NCBI GenBank assembly: GCA_963702475.1
Contig: CAVPCT010000009.1
Location: 1-64,000 of the forward strand
Reading direction: 5' to 3'
Length of the DNA stretch: 64,000 nucleotides
DNA from: an uncultured Thermoleophilia bacterium
GTDB lineage: Bacteria > Actinomycetota > Thermoleophilia > UBA2241
Part shown: positions 31,235 through 43,102 of the stretch, one piece after another
Layout of the letters: the number at the start of each line of letters is the position of its first letter
Numbering within the stretch: the first letter of the stretch is position 1
Translations under genes and position numbers: made by a program
Notes under the pieces: generated by a model
Seen by the model: the letters and a program-made list of their open reading frames with translations, nothing else
Databases searched by the model: none
What the model was told of the DNA's origin: nothing

Positions 31235-31975
31235 ATGAGCGCCGGCAGTTCCACACGCCGCCTCGACTGGATCCTCTCACCCGAGCCTCACCCCGATCCG
31301 AGGGGGCCGGGCGCGGGGCTCAGCGTGGGTGTGCTCGCCCTGCAGGGCGACTTCCGCGAGCACCGCGCCGTGCTCGAGCGGCTCGGCGCGGCGACGCGCG
31401 AGGTGCGCCGGCCTGACGAGCTCGTCGGGCTCGACGGGCTCGTCGTCCCCGGCGGCGAGAGCACCACCATGAGCAAGCTCATGCACGCCTACGAGCTGTC
31501 CGGCCCCATCGCCGACTTCCACCGCGGCGGCGGCGCGCTCTACGGCACCTGCGCCGGCCTCATCGTGCTGGCGGCCGGCACCGTCGAGGGCTTTCCGCCG
31601 ACGCTCGGGCTCATCGACGTCGTCGCACGGCGCAACGCCTTCGGCCGCCAGGTGCGCAGTTTCGAGGCCGACCTCCAGGTCCCGGTCGTCGGCCACGAGC
31701 CGGTGCGCGCCGTGTTCATCCGCGCCCCGTGGATCGAGAGCGCCGGTCCGGGCGTCGAGGTGCTGGCCGCCTGCGAGGGCCACGGCGTCGCGGCCCGTCA
31801 GGGCCGCGTGCTGGTCACCGCCTTCCATCCCGAGCTCACCGACGATACCCGTCTGCACGAGCTCTTCGTCGCCATGATCCGCCGCGCGAGCGCGGCGGAC
31901 GAGCCGGCCGGCGCGGCGCCGCCGCGGGCCGCCGGCGAGCCGGGCCGCGTGGCTCCGGCTCCCGTCAACTGCTGA
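31235..31975 (+). CDS. pdxT: PLP synthase glutaminase PdxT
   Basis: GVLALQGDFREH, PGGESTT, GTCAG, RNAFGRQ, FHPEL. Confidence 0.95.
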   Translation: MSAGSSTRRLDWILSPEPHPDPRGPGAGLSVGVLALQGDFREHRAVLERLGAATREVRRPDELVGLDGLVVPGGESTTMSKLMHAYELSGPIADFHRGGGALYGTCAGLIVLAAGTVEGFPPTLGLIDVVARRNAFGRQVRSFEADLQVPVVGHEPVRAVFIRAPWIESAGPGVEVLAACEGHGVAARQGRVLVTAFHPELTDDTRLHELFVAMIRRASAADEPAGAAPPRAAGEPGRVAPAPVNC

Positions 31976-31991
31976 GAGAGGAGGGGTCCTC

Positions 31992-32741
31992 GTGTCCGGG
32001 CACTCCAAGTGGGCCACCATCAAGCACAAGAAGGGCAAGACTGACGCCAGGCGCGGCAAGCTCTTCTCCAAGCTCTCGCGCGCCATCACGGTGGCGGCCC
32101 GTGAGGGCGGAACCGACCCCGCCATGAACATCTCGCTGGCCAACGCCATCGAGAAGGCCAAGGCCGAGTCCATGCCCAAGGACAACATCGAGCGCGCCAT
32201 CCAGCGCGGCGGTGGCGGCGCCGAGGGCGAGCAGTACGAGAGCATCATGTACGAGGGGTACGGGCCGGCCGGAGTCGCCATCATCGTCGACGTCCTCACC
32301 GACAACAAGAACCGCTCCGCGGCCGACGTGCGCAACATCTTCTCGAAGCACGGCGGCCAGCTCGCGCAGCCGGGCGCCGTCGCGTGGGTCTTCGAGCGCC
32401 GCGGCTCCATCATCGTCGACGGCGCCAAGTACTCCGAAGACGATGTGATGGCCGCGGCCATCGACGCCGGCGCCGACGACGTGGTCGCCGACGGCGAGGA
32501 GTTCCAGGTCATCACGCAGCCCGCCGACCTCGCCGCCGTGCGCGACGCGCTCACGGCTGCCGGCATCGAGTTCCAGAACGCCGAGCTCACCATGATCCCC
32601 AAGAACACCGTCAAGCTCGAGGAGAACGACGCGCGCAAGACCATGAAGATCATGGACGCCCTCGAGGACAGCGACGACGTGCAAGAGGTCTACGCCAACT
32701 TCGACATCCCCGAAGAGGTCCTCGAGGCCCTCGCCGGCTGA
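31992..32741 (+). CDS. yebC: YebC/PmpR family protein
   Basis: MSGHSKWATIKHKK, YEGYGPAG, TDNKNRS, DDVQEVYAN. Confidence 0.95.
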   Translation: MSGHSKWATIKHKKGKTDARRGKLFSKLSRAITVAAREGGTDPAMNISLANAIEKAKAESMPKDNIERAIQRGGGGAEGEQYESIMYEGYGPAGVAIIVDVLTDNKNRSAADVRNIFSKHGGQLAQPGAVAWVFERRGSIIVDGAKYSEDDVMAAAIDAGADDVVADGEEFQVITQPADLAAVRDALTAAGIEFQNAELTMIPKNTVKLEENDARKTMKIMDALEDSDDVQEVYANFDIPEEVLEALAG

Positions 32742-32807
32742 CCCGCGCGGCCGCCGGGGCGGCGCGCGACGAGGTCGGCTGAACGCGAGGCACACGAGGA
32801 GGGGCGC

Positions 32808-33416
32808 ATGATCGTGCTGGGGTTCGATCCGGGGACGGCGAGCACGGGCTGGGGAGTCATCGAGCAGGAAGGCAACCGTCTGCGGTCGCTTGGGCACGGG
32901 TGCATCGTCACCTCGGCCAAGGACCCCACGCACGTGCGCCTGCGGCAGATCCACGACCAGGCGAAGGGGCTCATCACTCGCTTCAAGCCCGATATCGTGG
33001 TGCTCGAGGAGCTGTTCGTGAACGTCAACGTCAAGACCGCGCTCGCCGTTGGACAGGCCAAGGGCGTGCTGATCCTCGCGGCTTGTGATCTGGACGAGGC
33101 GCCGTGCGAGTACTCGCCCCTGCAGATCAAGCTGGCGGTCACCGGCTACGGCCGCGCCAGCAAGGTGCAGGTCCAGGAGATGACCAAGGTCATCCTCGGG
33201 CTGGCCCGTATCCCGCAGCCCGACCACGCCGCCGACGCCCTCGCCGTGGCCATCACTCACACTCACCACAACGGCGCCGCGTTCCAAGCGGCGGTGGGTA
33301 AGGCCAGGAGCGGCGGGGGGCGGAGCGCACCCGCCGTGCCGGGCGACGGCGCCTTGCCGGCGCAGGTCTTGCGCCAGGCCCCTAACCTGGGCGGCCGCAG
33401 GCGGGGCGCCACGTGA
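32808..33416 (+). CDS. ruvC: Holliday junction resolvase
   Basis: GFDPG, E(ELF), [17 protein letters not shown]. Confidence 0.95.
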   Translation: MIVLGFDPGTASTGWGVIEQEGNRLRSLGHGCIVTSAKDPTHVRLRQIHDQAKGLITRFKPDIVVLEELFVNVNVKTALAVGQAKGVLILAACDLDEAPCEYSPLQIKLAVTGYGRASKVQVQEMTKVILGLARIPQPDHAADALAVAITHTHHNGAAFQAAVGKARSGGGRSAPAVPGDGALPAQVLRQAPNLGGRRRGAT

Positions 33417-34021
33417 TCGCCTCGGTGCGCGGCACGCTTCGGCAGGTCGAGGCCGAGCGCGCCATCGTCGAGGTCGGCGGAATCGGCCTCGAGGTGCTGG
33501 CATCCGTGCGCACGCTCGCGGCGTTCTCCGGGCGCCTGGGTCACGAGGTGAGCCTGCAGACATACCTGCACGTGCGCGAGGACGCGCTGCAGCTCTTCGG
33601 CTTCCAGTCCGCCGGCGAGCGCACCTTCTTCCTGTGGCTCATCGCCGTGAGCGGCGTCGGCCCCAAGGTGGCGCTGGCCGTGCTCTCCGGGTACCCGGTC
33701 GACGAGCTCGAGCTGGCCGTGGCGCGCGACGACGTGAAGAAGTTCGAGAGCATCCCAGGCATCGGCAGGAAGCTGGCGCAGCGCCTCGTGGTCGAGCTCA
33801 AGGACAAGGTCGGGCAGCTGCCGCCGGTGAGCACCGGCGAAGCCGGCCGCGCCGGCGGCCCGGCTCCCAGCGACGCGTTCCTGGGCGCGCGCTCCGCGCT
33901 GCAGAACCTCGGCCTCACGTTGCGCGAGGCCGAGGAGGCGCTGCGCGGCGCGCCCGACGACGCGTCGCTCGAGGAGCTCGTCAAGCACGCCCTCACGCGC
34001 GAGAAGGAGAAGAAGGCGTGA
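33413..34021 (+). CDS. ruvA: Holliday junction branch migration protein A
   Basis: [30 protein letters not shown]. Confidence 0.95.
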   Translation: MIASVRGTLRQVEAERAIVEVGGIGLEVLASVRTLAAFSGRLGHEVSLQTYLHVREDALQLFGFQSAGERTFFLWLIAVSGVGPKVALAVLSGYPVDELELAVARDDVKKFESIPGIGRKLAQRLVVELKDKVGQLPPVSTGEAGRAGGPAPSDAFLGARSALQNLGLTLREAEEALRGAPDDASLEELVKHALTREKEKKA

Positions 34022-35055
34022 GCCCGCGGACCGACCGCATCGGCGATCCCGAGGAGCGCCCCGACGACCGCGACCTCGAGCTCGGCCTGCGGCCGCGCCG
34101 GTTCTCGGACTTCGTCGGGCAGAGCGTCGCCAAGGAACAGCTGCAGATCTTCGTCGATGCCGCCCGGCAGCGTGGCGACACTCTCGACCACGTGCTCCTC
34201 GCCGGCCCTCCCGGCCTCGGCAAGACCACGCTGGCCGGCATCATCGCCACAGAGCTCGGCGTGGGCATGCACACCACGTCCGGTCCGGCCCTGGAGCGCA
34301 AGGTCGACGTGGCCGGCCTGCTGACCAACCTGCAGGAGGGCGACGTCCTCTTCGTCGACGAGATCCACCGCCTCAACGCCGCCGTGGAGGAGGTCCTCTA
34401 CCCGGCTATGGAGGACTACGAGATCGACATCATGATCGGCGAGGGCCCGGCGGCACGCAGCATCCGCATGCAGGTACAGCCGTTCACGCTCATCGGCGCC
34501 ACCACTCGCACCGGCTTGCTCACGACGCCGCTGCGCGACCGCTTCGGCGTCTGGCAGCGGCTCGAGTATTACGAGATCGAGGAGCTGGCGCGCATCGTGA
34601 GGCGCTCCGCCGGCATCCTCGGCGTGGAGATCGACAACGCCTCGGCTCTCGAGATCGCCGGGCGGGCGCGCGGCACGCCGCGCGTGGCCAACCGCTTGCT
34701 GCGTCGTGTGCGCGACTACGCCCAGGTGCGTCACGAGGGCGTCATCGAGGAGCGCATCTGCCTGGCGGCCCTCGAGCTGTTCCAGGTCGACAGCGGGGGC
34801 CTCGACAAGCTCGACCGCGACATCCTCTGCATCATCGCGCAGAAGTTCGACGGCGGCCCCGTCGGCCTCGACACCCTTGCGGTGGCCCTGGGCGAGGAGG
34901 CCGACACGGTGATGGACGTCTACGAGCCGTACCTCATCATGCAGGGCTTCCTCAAGCGCACCCCGCGCGGCCGCGTGCTCACGCGGACCGGGTTTGCGCA
35001 CTGCGGGCTGAGGCCGCCTGCGGCCGCGGCCGGGACGCTGTTCGACGAGGGCTGA
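34018..35055 (+). CDS. ruvB: Holliday junction ATPase B
   Basis: [44 protein letters not shown]. Confidence 0.97.
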   Translation: MSPRTDRIGDPEERPDDRDLELGLRPRRFSDFVGQSVAKEQLQIFVDAARQRGDTLDHVLLAGPPGLGKTTLAGIIATELGVGMHTTSGPALERKVDVAGLLTNLQEGDVLFVDEIHRLNAAVEEVLYPAMEDYEIDIMIGEGPAARSIRMQVQPFTLIGATTRTGLLTTPLRDRFGVWQRLEYYEIEELARIVRRSAGILGVEIDNASALEIAGRARGTPRVANRLLRRVRDYAQVRHEGVIEERICLAALELFQVDSGGLDKLDRDILCIIAQKFDGGPVGLDTLAVALGEEADTVMDVYEPYLIMQGFLKRTPRGRVLTRTGFAHCGLRPPAAAAGTLFDEG

Positions 35056-35097
35056 GGCCGGCGGCCGGCGCCGGGACGCTGTTCCACGACGGCTGAG
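35029..35097 (+). repeat. Tandem duplication of the ruvB 3' end (28-bp direct repeat, 2 mismatches)
   Basis: GCCGGGACGCTGTTCGACGAGGGCTGAG (35029-35056) vs GCCGGGACGCTGTTCCACGACGGCTGAG (35070-35097). Confidence 0.8.
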
Positions 35098-35244
35098 CGT
35101 CACCGCCACTCTCGGGTGACCCCAGCGCGGCGCGGGCTCTGGGCTCGAGTTCGACTCCGGTGTCCCCGGTCACCGACGTCGACGCTGAGGTGCTCGGCGG
35201 CGTGACGGCCCGGTGGGTCTCCCCTATTGCCGTCTTGTGAGTCG

Positions 35245-35343
35245 TTAGAATGGCTGGCAGTGCGCGACCGCGACGCGCGCGGGCAGGGAGAGTCGCTTGA
35301 GTTCGCGCTCGGCCTGGTCGCTGAAGTTGACGATGTAGGCCAA
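35245..35343 (-). pseudogene. Truncated RelE/ParE-type toxin (32 aa)
   Basis: TTG start just after the antitoxin; MAYIVNFSDQAERELKRLSLPARVAVAHCQPF* matches RelE beta1-alpha1, then stops. Confidence 0.6.
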
Positions 35344-35352
35344 GCGCGTCGG

Positions 35353-35655
35353 TCACAGGCCGAGCTCGGCCTTGATCTCGCTCCACGGCCGGGTCTTCTC
35401 CAGCTCGCCGGTTGCGAGTGCCCGCTCGTAGTCCGCCGAGTCCAGACGGTCCTCGACGTACTGCGCCACGTACATGTCCTCGATGGGCACGATCGCTGCG
35501 AGCGGCTTGCCGTGTCGCTTCACGACGAAGCGGTCCCCGCCGTAGGCGCAGCGCCCGACCAGCTCCGAGAGCCGGTCTCTGAGCTCGCGCGTGGTCACGG
35601 TCTCGGCGTCTCCGAAGTCGTTGTTGGCGATGCGTTCCGCAAGGTCGTCGGGCAT
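35353..35655 (-). CDS. Phd/YefM-family antitoxin
   Basis: VTTRELRDRLSELVGR..GDRFVVKRHGKPLAAIVP..PWSEIKAELGL; GGAGA RBS; TGTACA palindrome (35678-35683) upstream. Confidence 0.85.
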   Translation of the reverse strand: MPDDLAERIANNDFGDAETVTTRELRDRLSELVGRCAYGGDRFVVKRHGKPLAAIVPIEDMYVAQYVEDRLDSADYERALATGELEKTRPWSEIKAELGL

Positions 35656-35918
35656 GGCGTCATCTCCGGCGGAGTTATGTACACATATGAAACTATCGCC
35701 ACACAGTACACCTGCGCTGAGCGCCGCGCCAGCCCTGCTCAGCGGACAGTCTGGGGCGTTCGCGTAGGGCTGTCGAGAGTGACAATGAAGGATGAGCCAG
35801 CCCACCCCCACCTGGGATCGGCACCCTGTACGTCATGTTGGTCCGTGCCATCTGTCGCTGTGAAGTGCGAGGAGCGCGCAGGCCGCTCGACGGCAGCAGC
35901 GCGGCTATACTCCCAGTC

Positions 35919-36559
35919 ATGGATGATTTGCTCCTGCACGTGTGCTGCGGCCCTTGCTCCACCGTCGCGGTGCCGGCCTGGCGAGAGCGTGGGCTCGAGC
36001 CCTTGGCGTGGTTCCACAACCCGAACATCCAGCCGGCGGCCGAGTACGAGCGCCGGCTGGAGAGCATGCTCAGGTTCGGCCGGGCCGCTGGGCTCGAGGT
36101 GGTCGGCAATCCCGGGGTGAGCGCCTGCGAAGCGGCCGGCTGGGAGGCGTGGGTACGGCTGGAGCGTGTGGCCGCGCCGGCGGAGCGGTGCGCGGCCTGT
36201 ATGCGGTTGCGGCTCGGCGCGGCCGCCGGGGCTGCCGTGCGCCTCGGCGTGAAGCGCTTCTCGACGTCGCTCAGCGTGAGTCCGTACCAGCGTCACGACC
36301 TCATCCAGGAGGCGGGGGAGAGGGCGGCGGCAGAGCACGGCGTCGCTTTCGTCTACCTGGACCTGCGTGGCGCGTTCCGTGAGAGCTACGCCGAGAGCCG
36401 TCGGCTCGACCTGTATCGGCAACCGTACTGCGGTTGCGCGGCGAGCAAGTGGGAGGCGTGGCACGAGCGCCGGGCTCGCCGGCTTGAGCGGGCGCGGCGC
36501 GCCGCCGATCCGGGCAGGGTAGCGCCGGACTCAGCTGCGGGACGGCGGAGAGGCGCCGC

Positions 36560-36563
<4 letters not shown>
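35919..36563 (+). CDS. queH: Epoxyqueuosine reductase QueH
   Basis: [34 protein letters not shown]; TATACT 7 nt upstream. Confidence 0.9.
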
Positions 36564-38785
<2,222 letters not shown>

Positions 38786-38790
38786 GCCGC

Positions 38791-39249
38791 ATGGGTGGAG
38801 GCGCGGCCATCATCATCTGGATCCTGGTGTTCTTCGGGATCTTCTACTTCCTCGCCATCAGGCCGCAGCGCCGCCAGAAGGCGCAGCACTCCCAGATGGT
38901 GCAGATGCTCAAGCGTGGGGACGAGGTCGTCACCATCGGGGGCATGTTCGGCACCGTCACCAAGATCGGTGACGACTGGGTCGAGCTCGAGGTCGCCAAG
39001 CGCACCAAGGTGCGCTACCTCAAGCGCGCCGTCTCATCGATCACCAACATCGTCGAGGACGAAGAGGACGAGGACGAGTACATCGAAGCTGAGGAAGAGG
39101 ACGTCGAGGAGATCGAGGCCGCCGAGCCCGAGCAGCTCGAGGCGGAGACCGGGGACGTCGAGGAGGCCGGCGACGACGTCATCGACGCCGAGGCCGCCGC
39201 AGACGAATCTCCGGAGGCGCCCAAACCGCCCAAGGAGCCGGGCGCCTGA
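38791..39249 (+). CDS. yajC: Preprotein translocase YajC with long acidic C-terminal tail
   Basis: TM + FYFLAIRPQRRQ, GDEVVTIGGMFG; about 60 residues of E/D-rich tail. Confidence 0.9.
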   Translation: MGGGAAIIIWILVFFGIFYFLAIRPQRRQKAQHSQMVQMLKRGDEVVTIGGMFGTVTKIGDDWVELEVAKRTKVRYLKRAVSSITNIVEDEEDEDEYIEAEEEDVEEIEAAEPEQLEAETGDVEEAGDDVIDAEAAADESPEAPKPPKEPGA

Positions 39250-39286
39250 GGCGTCGTCCGCGACCGCACAGCCATGAGCGCCGCAC

Positions 39287-39319
39287 CGACGAGCCCTGCA
39301 GGTCCTGCAGGGCTCGTCG
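39287..39319 (+). terminator. Long palindromic hairpin after yajC
   Basis: 16-bp arms CGACGAGCCCTGCAGG / CCTGCAGGGCTCGTCG. Confidence 0.6.
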
Positions 39320-39396
39320 CATTCAGCGGATGCAGGGATTCTTCACTGCGGACAGAACTGCGTTCTGACGTGGTGTCGACACAGGGGTACTGATCC

Positions 39397-40155
39397 ATGG
39401 CGCATGTCATCGCCTTCGCGAACCAGAAGGGCGGCGTAGCCAAGACCACCTCCACCGTGAACCTTGGCGCGGCGCTGCGCGAGCTCGGGCTCAAGGTGCT
39501 GGCCGTCGACATGGACCCGCAGGGCAACCTCACGATGAGCCAGGGCATCGACACCGAGGGCCTGGACAAGAGTATGTACGACGTGCTCGTCCACCGCACG
39601 CCCATCACCGAGGTCATCTACGAACGCGAGATCGACGTCGCCGCCTCCACCATCGACCTCGCGGGGGCCGAGATGGCGCTCGCCCAGATGATAGGCCGTG
39701 AGCGCGCCCTGCAGCGTGCCCTCGACCCCGTGCGGGAGACGTACGACTACATCCTCATCGACACGCCGCCGTCCCTCGGCCTGCTCACCATCAACGCCCT
39801 CACGGCCTCCGAGGGCGTCATCGTGCCGGTACAGTGCGAGTATCTCTCTCTGCGTGGCCTGCTGCAGCTGGAGCGCACCCTGGAGATGATCCGCGAGAAC
39901 CTCAACCCGGACGTGCGCATCAAGGGCATCCTGCCGACGCTCTTCGACGCGCGCACCAGTCACGGCAGGGAGTCCATCGAGGTGCTGCGCGACAACTTCG
40001 GCCCGCTGGTGTTCGATACCGTGGTGCGCAAGACCATCAAGTTCGCCGAGGCGCCCGTCATCGGGGCCTCGGTGCTCAAGTACGACCCCCGCGGCAGGGG
40101 GGCCGAATCGTACCGCGCGCTGGCGCGGGAGGTGCTGAATGGCCGATCGTCCTAG
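39397..40155 (+). CDS. parA: ParA/Soj-family ATPase (no adjacent parB)
   Basis: [10 protein letters not shown] deviant Walker [31 protein letters not shown]. Confidence 0.92.
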   Translation: MAHVIAFANQKGGVAKTTSTVNLGAALRELGLKVLAVDMDPQGNLTMSQGIDTEGLDKSMYDVLVHRTPITEVIYEREIDVAASTIDLAGAEMALAQMIGRERALQRALDPVRETYDYILIDTPPSLGLLTINALTASEGVIVPVQCEYLSLRGLLQLERTLEMIRENLNPDVRIKGILPTLFDARTSHGRESIEVLRDNFGPLVFDTVVRKTIKFAEAPVIGASVLKYDPRGRGAESYRALAREVLNGRSS

Positions 40156-41344
40156 CATGAAGGATGGACTGAGCGAGCTCTTCCGGCGCACGGACTCAGC
40201 GGGATCGCCGCCGGCCGGCGAGTCCGCCCAGGAGGCCGTCGTCAAGGGGCGGCCCTACGTCACCACCATCAAGGTGGTCGGGGTGGGCGGCGCCGGCACC
40301 AACGCCGTCAACCGCATGGTCGACTCGGGCGTCAAGGGTGTGGAGTTCATCGCCATCAACACCGACGTGCAGCAGCTCGACGTGTGCGACGCCGACGTCA
40401 AGATCCACATCGGCCAGGAGCTCACCCACGGTCTGGGCGGCGGCGCCGATCCCGTCGTGGGGCGCGAGGCCATGGAGATCTCGCGCGACCAGCTCAAGGT
40501 GGCGCTGCGCGGCGCGGACCTCGTGTTCGTCACCGCCGGCGAGGGCGGCGGCACCGGCACCGGCGGCGCGCCCGTGGTCGCGCAGACCGCGCACGAGCTG
40601 GGCGCCGTGACCATCGCCATCGTCACCCGGCCCTTCCACTTCGAGGGCAACCGCCGCCGCCGGCAGGCCGAAGCGGGCATCGAGGTGCTCAAGCAGGTCG
40701 CCGACACGGTCATCAGCATCCCCAACGACCGCCTGCTCGAGGTGGTGGAGCGCAACACCAGCGTCGTGGAGGCGTTCAAGCACGCCGACGACGTCTTGCG
40801 TCAGGGCGTGCAGGGCATCACCGACCTCATCACCGTGCCTGGGCTCATCAACCTGGACTTCGCCGACGTGCGCACCATCGTGCAGGACGCCGGTACAGCG
40901 CTGCTGGGTATCGGCACCGGCAGCGGCGAGAACCGCGCCCAGGAGGCCGCGTTCGCGGCTATCCACTCGCCGCTGCTGGAGACCAGCATCGATGGCGCTC
41001 GAGGCCTGCTGCTCAGCTTCAGCGGCGGCAGCGACCTCACGCTGTTCGAGGTCAACGAGGCCGCCGGCATCATCAGCGACGCGGCCGACGACGACGCCAA
41101 CATCATCTTCGGCGCCGTTCTGGACGAGCGCCTGGAGGGCGAGCTCACCATCACCGTGGTGGCCACGGGGTTCGGCGACGTGGTCCCGCGCCGCGCACCG
41201 GAGGCGGAGCCCGAGCGTCCGCGTCTCGCCGAGACGGTGCGGGAGGCGCCGGCGGGACCACCGGCGCGCCGGTTCGGGCCGGCTCCCACGTTCGACAGCG
41301 GCGACTTCGAGATCCCGTCCTTCGTGCGGCAGCCCGAGGAGTAA
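40139..41344 (+). CDS. ftsZ: Cell division protein FtsZ with N-terminal extension
   Basis: [35 protein letters not shown] (T7 loop), C-terminal DFEIPSFVR; GGAGG RBS; overlaps parA end. Confidence 0.95.
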   Translation: MADRPSMKDGLSELFRRTDSAGSPPAGESAQEAVVKGRPYVTTIKVVGVGGAGTNAVNRMVDSGVKGVEFIAINTDVQQLDVCDADVKIHIGQELTHGLGGGADPVVGREAMEISRDQLKVALRGADLVFVTAGEGGGTGTGGAPVVAQTAHELGAVTIAIVTRPFHFEGNRRRRQAEAGIEVLKQVADTVISIPNDRLLEVVERNTSVVEAFKHADDVLRQGVQGITDLITVPGLINLDFADVRTIVQDAGTALLGIGTGSGENRAQEAAFAAIHSPLLETSIDGARGLLLSFSGGSDLTLFEVNEAAGIISDAADDDANIIFGAVLDERLEGELTITVVATGFGDVVPRRAPEAEPERPRLAETVREAPAGPPARRFGPAPTFDSGDFEIPSFVRQPEE

Positions 41345-41363
41345 GTGAGAGTGACGCCGGAGC

Positions 41364-42146
41364 GTGGAGGTGACGGTGCGCGCTGAAGCGGCGGCCGTCG
41401 CCGCACCCCCGGTCGCCCTGGAGCTGGACCTCGACGTCTTCGACGGGCCGTTCGACCTGCTCATCACCCTGATCCTCAAGGATGAGATCGACATCTGGGA
41501 GGTCAGGGTCTCCAGCATCATCGCCGAGTATGTGCTGCGGCTGGCCGACAGCGGGGAGTTCGACCTCGACGCGACCTCCCAGTTCGTGGTACTGGTCGCG
41601 GCGCTCCTGGAGATGAAGTCCCGGCTGCTGCTGGAGGAGGACGCCGAGGAGGAGCTGGAGGACCTCGACCCGGACGAGGCGGCCGAGCGTCTGCTGGAGC
41701 GCCTCGTCCGCTACGGCCAGTTCAAGAACGCCGCCCAGGCGCTCCACGGGCGCTGGGAGGAGCACAGCGGGCGGCTGTACCGGAGCGCTCCGGTGCCGGC
41801 GAATCTGCTGCGCCAGCCGGCCGCCGAAGGCGCCCTGCCGGCGCAGGCGCTGGCGGCGGCTCTTGCGCCGCTGCTCCGCGAGCCGCCCGTGCCCGACACC
41901 AGCCACCTCGCCGACCTGGCCGTCTGCCTGATCAAGGAGCTGCGCCGCCTGCGCCTCATCCTCGGCGACGCCGGCGAGTTCACCTTCTCGTCGGTAGCGC
42001 CCAAGGACCGGCTCGAGCGCGCCGTCACCTTCTTCGCCCTGCTGGAGCTGCACTCCGGCGGTGAAGCCCTGCTCAGACAGCGTCGTCACTTCGACGACAT
42101 CGTCGTGACGCGCCTGCCCGGCTTCGCCCCGGCCGCGGCCGGGTGA
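41364..42146 (+). CDS. scpA: Segregation/condensation protein A
   Basis: FDGPFDLLITLI, AALLEMKSRLLL, VTFFALLEL. Confidence 0.92.
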   Translation: MEVTVRAEAAAVAAPPVALELDLDVFDGPFDLLITLILKDEIDIWEVRVSSIIAEYVLRLADSGEFDLDATSQFVVLVAALLEMKSRLLLEEDAEEELEDLDPDEAAERLLERLVRYGQFKNAAQALHGRWEEHSGRLYRSAPVPANLLRQPAAEGALPAQALAAALAPLLREPPVPDTSHLADLAVCLIKELRRLRLILGDAGEFTFSSVAPKDRLERAVTFFALLELHSGGEALLRQRRHFDDIVVTRLPGFAPAAAG

Positions 42147-42154
42147 GCCCGCCC

Positions 42155-42478
42155 GGCGGGTGACGCCGGCCGCCTCGGCCGGCCGTGCGACCGTCGGCAC
42201 CATCGCATCCGAGCACCCGAGCCCTGATCGTGCCGCATCGGCCCGCCACTCAGGATGGACGCCTCGCCGTGCCCCCGCACCGACCGTGTCCAGCCCGGTC
42301 ACCTCTGCGAAGGTTGTATTCTGCAACGATCCGTGAGGGCGCCGCACCGGTGACCATCTGCGCGGGAGGGAGACGTTGCGGTGTCGGACCCCGTCAGCGG
42401 CCTCGCATCTGACGCTCGCCCGGCGCGCCCTGAGCCCGGCGGACCGTCTCGCGCGCGCGGCGGGTGACGCCGGCCGCC
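42155..42478 (+). repeat. 20-bp direct repeats bracketing the scpA-scpB spacer
   Basis: GGCGGGTGACGCCGGCCGCC at 42155-42174 and 42459-42478. Confidence 0.7.
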
Positions 42479-42526
42479 GTCCTGCGGTAGCATCGGGCAC
42501 ACGTCCACCGGCCGACCCTGGACCCC

Positions 42527-43102
42527 ATGCCCACTCTCGTTCAGCGCTTCGAAGCGCTCCTCTTCATATCGTCGCGCCCGCTGCCTCTCGCCGAGCTGGC
42601 GGCGGCGTGCAGGGTCGGCGAAGAGGATGCGGCGGGCGTGCTGGAGGCGCTGCGCGCCGAGTACGCCGAGGGCCGCCGCGGGCTCGTGCTCAAGGAGGTG
42701 GCCGGCGGCCTGGCGTTCGCCGTGGCCCCCGACTGCGAGGACGACGTCCGTCGCCTCACCGGGGCGCAACGCCCGGACGACCTTACGCCGGCCCTGCTCG
42801 AGACGCTGGCCGTGGTGGCCTACCTGCAGCCGGTGACGCGCGCCGACGTGGCTGAGGTCCGCGGCGTCTCCTCCGAGTGGGCCCTGAGCTCGCTCGAGGA
42901 GCGCGGCCTGGTGCAGCAGCAGGGCCGCGCCGACACCCCCGGCTCGCCGATCCTCTACGGGACCGGCGAGCGCTTTCTGAAGCTGTTCGGCCTCGATGCC
43001 GCCGACGGCCTGCCGCCGCTCGAAGAGTTCGCGCTGCAGGCGTCGGACGTGGAGGAGATCCGCGCGAGGCTGTTCGCCAACGCCGAGAGGAGACGGGTGT
43101 GA
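42527..43102 (+). CDS. scpB: Segregation/condensation protein B
   Basis: EALLF, EVAGG, LETLAVVAYLQPVTR, RGV, GSPILYGT..FLKLFGL. Confidence 0.92.
   Translation: MPTLVQRFEALLFISSRPLPLAELAAACRVGEEDAAGVLEALRAEYAEGRRGLVLKEVAGGLAFAVAPDCEDDVRRLTGAQRPDDLTPALLETLAVVAYLQPVTRADVAEVRGVSSEWALSSLEERGLVQQQGRADTPGSPILYGTGERFLKLFGLDAADGLPPLEEFALQASDVEEIRARLFANAERRRV

Noticed and set aside
35241-35251. Integron attC core (GTTAGAA/TTCTAAC) near the TA relic
   Set aside because: No matching partner box or attC stem found, and no integrase is in the window.
39353-39367. SOS box upstream of parA-ftsZ
   Set aside because: GAAC-N3-GTTC spacing does not fit the GAAC-N4-GTTC LexA box seen at dinB.
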